Below, in pieces: positions 61,852 to 64,000 of a stretch of DNA of 64,000 nt. How positions within the stretch are numbered: position 1 is the stretch's first letter; every line of letters starts with the position of its first letter. Below the pieces are notes generated by a model. That model worked only from the letters and a program-made list of their open reading frames with translations. It made no database searches and was not told the origin of the DNA. The stretch lies in contig JASTWF010000033.1 in the NCBI GenBank assembly GCA_030390025.1, positions 1,862,001 to 1,926,000 of the forward strand, written 5' to 3'. Origin of the DNA: Squalus acanthias (lineage: Eukaryota). A program made the translations under genes and the position numbers.

Positions 61852-64000
61852 AATGGAGCTGTTTGGGTCTGTGAAATGAGCTGTCTTGGACGATGAAATG
61901 AGTTGTCTGTGTCTTTGAATGGAGCTGTCGGAGTCTGTAAATGGAGCTGTCTGTGTCTCTGATTGGAGCTGTCTGTGTCTGTGAATTGAGCTGTCAGAGT
62001 CTGTAAATGGAGCTGTCTGGGTCTGTAAATGGAGCTGTCTGGGTCTGTGAATGAGCAGTCTTTGTCTGTGAATGGAGCTGTCTGTGTCTGTGAATGGAGC
62101 TGTCTGGGTCTGTGAATGAGCTGTCTTGGTCTGTGAATGGAGCTGTCTTAGTCTGTGAATGGAGTTGTCTGGGTCTGTGAATGGAGCTGTCTGGGGCTGT
62201 GAATGGAGCTGTCTGAGTCTCTGAATGGAGCTGTCTGGGTCTGTGAATGGAGCTGTCTGAGTCTCTAATGGAGCTGTCTGGGTCTGTGAAATGAGCTTTC
62301 TGGATCTGTGAATGGAGCTGTCTGGGTTGTGAATGGAGTTGTTTGGGTATGTGAATGGAGCTGTCTGGGTCTGTGAATGGAGCTGTCTGAATCTGTGAAT
62401 GGAGTTGTCTGGGTCGGTGAATCGAGCTGTCTGAGTCTCTGAACGGAGCTGTCTGGTTTGTGATTGGAGCTGTCTGAGTCTCTAAATGGAGCTGTCTGGG
62501 TCTGTGAAATGAGCTTTCTGGATCTTTGAATGGAGCGGCCTGGGTTTGTGAATGGAGTTGTCTGGGTATGTGAATGGAGCTGTCTGGGTCTGTGAATGGA
62601 GCTTCTGAGTCTGTGAATGGAGTTTTCTGGGTCAGTGAATCGAGCTGTCTTGGTCTGTGAATGGAGCTGTCTGAGTCTGTGAATGGAGCTGTCTGGTCTG
62701 TGAATGGAGCTGTCTGGGTCTGTGAATGGAGCTGTCTGGGTCTGTGAATGGAGCTGTCTGGGTCTGTGAATGGAGCTGTCTGGGTCTGTGAATGGTGCTG
62801 TTTGTGTCTGTGAATGGAGCTATCTGTGTCTGTGAATGAGCTGTCTGGATCTGTGAATGGAGCTGTCTGAGTCTGAGAATGGTGCTGTTTGGGTTTGTGA
62901 ATGGAACTGTCTGTGTCTGTGAATGGGCTGTTTTGTTCTGTGAAATGTGCTGTCTGGGTCTGAAAATGGAGTTGTCTGGTCTGTGAATGGAGCTGTCTGG
63001 GTCTGTGAATGGAGCTGTCTGAGTCTGTGAATGGAGTTGTCTGGGTCGGTGAATCGAGCTGTCTGGGTCTGTGAATGGAGCTGTCTGAGTCTGTGAATGG
63101 AGCTGTCTGAGTCTGTGAATGGAGCTGTCTGGTTCTGTGAATGGAGCTGTCTGGTCTGTGAATGGAGCTGTCTGGGTCTGTGAATGGAGCTGTCTGAGTC
63201 TGTGAATGGAGCTGTCTGGGTCTGTGAATGAGCTGTCTGGTCTGTGAATGAGCTGTCTGGGTCTGTGAATGGAGCTGTCTGGGTCTGTGAATGGAGCTGT
63301 CTGGGTCTGTGAATGGAGCTGTCTGAGTCTGTGAATGGAGCTGTCTGGGTCTGTGAATGAGCTGTCTGGGTCTGTGAATGGAGCTGTCTGGGTCTGTGAA
63401 TGGAGCTGTCTGGGTCTGTGAATGGAGCTGTCTGGGTCTGTGAATGGAGCTGTCTGAGTCTGTGAATGGAGCTGTCTGGGTCTGTGAATGGAGCTGTCTG
63501 TGTCTGTGAATGAGCTGTCTGGATCTGTGAATGGAGCTGTCTGAGTCTGAGAATGGTGCTGTTTGGGTCTGTGAATGGAACTGTCTGTGTCTGTGAATGA
63601 GCTGTCTGGGTCTGTGAAATGTGCTGTCTGGGTCTGAAAATGGAGTTGTCTGGGTCTGTGAATGGAGCTGTCTGGGTCTGTGAATGGAGCTGTCTGAGTC
63701 TGTGAATGGAGCTGTCTGGGTCTGTGAATGGAGCTGTCTGGGTCTGTGAATGGAGCTGTCTGGGTCTGTGAATGGAGCTGTCTGGGTCTGTGAATGGAGC
63801 TGTCTGGGTCTGTGAATGGAGCTGTCTGGGTCTGTGAATGGAGCTGTCTGGGTCTGTGAATGGAGCTGTCTGAGTCTGTGAATGGTGCTGTTTGGGACTT
63901 TGAATGGAGCTATCTGTGTCTGTGAATGAGCTGTCTGGATCTGTGAATGGAGCTGTCTGAGTCTGAGAATGGTGCTGTTTGGGTCTGTGAATGGAGCTAT

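Larger units (their letters stand above)
53788..64000 (-). repeat. 22-bp minisatellite array, opposite orientation, with a ~2.4-2.9-kb higher-order repeat; runs off the window end
   Basis: GGGTCTGTGAATGGAGCTGTCT units; shares the marker aaatcagctttccatgtc with the left array. Confidence 0.97.

Overview
Eukaryotic, repeat-dominated window. The CR1, Penelope and NLR types suggest a cartilaginous fish (inference). Both ends carry a 22-bp minisatellite in opposite orientations. Inside these lie blocks of a 39-bp minisatellite carrying five young CR1 LINE copies from two subfamilies (A with a (TATGTATC)n tail, B with a (TTTCTATG)n tail) and one Penelope-like element (RT plus GIY-YIG) with a hammerhead ribozyme at its 3' end. 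A 200-N gap lies at 25595-25794. The full-length CR1-A (35735-40175, minus strand) is capped at its 5' end by an ~8.8-kb, very homogeneous array of ~118 x 74-bp units, which abuts and truncates an NLR NACHT exon. An 86-bp minisatellite and old L2/CR1 fragments follow. Top observations: (1) both CR1 subfamilies end ORF1 with the canonical -1 frameshift heptamer U-UUA-AAC directly before the stop, with ORF2 in the -1 frame, although each copy here has one stop in the linker; (2) the giant monomer array at the CR1 5' end; (3) a hammerhead-core cassette amplified six times in a higher-order repeat of the 22-bp satellite. Most ORFs in the supplied track are artefacts of the tandem repeats.
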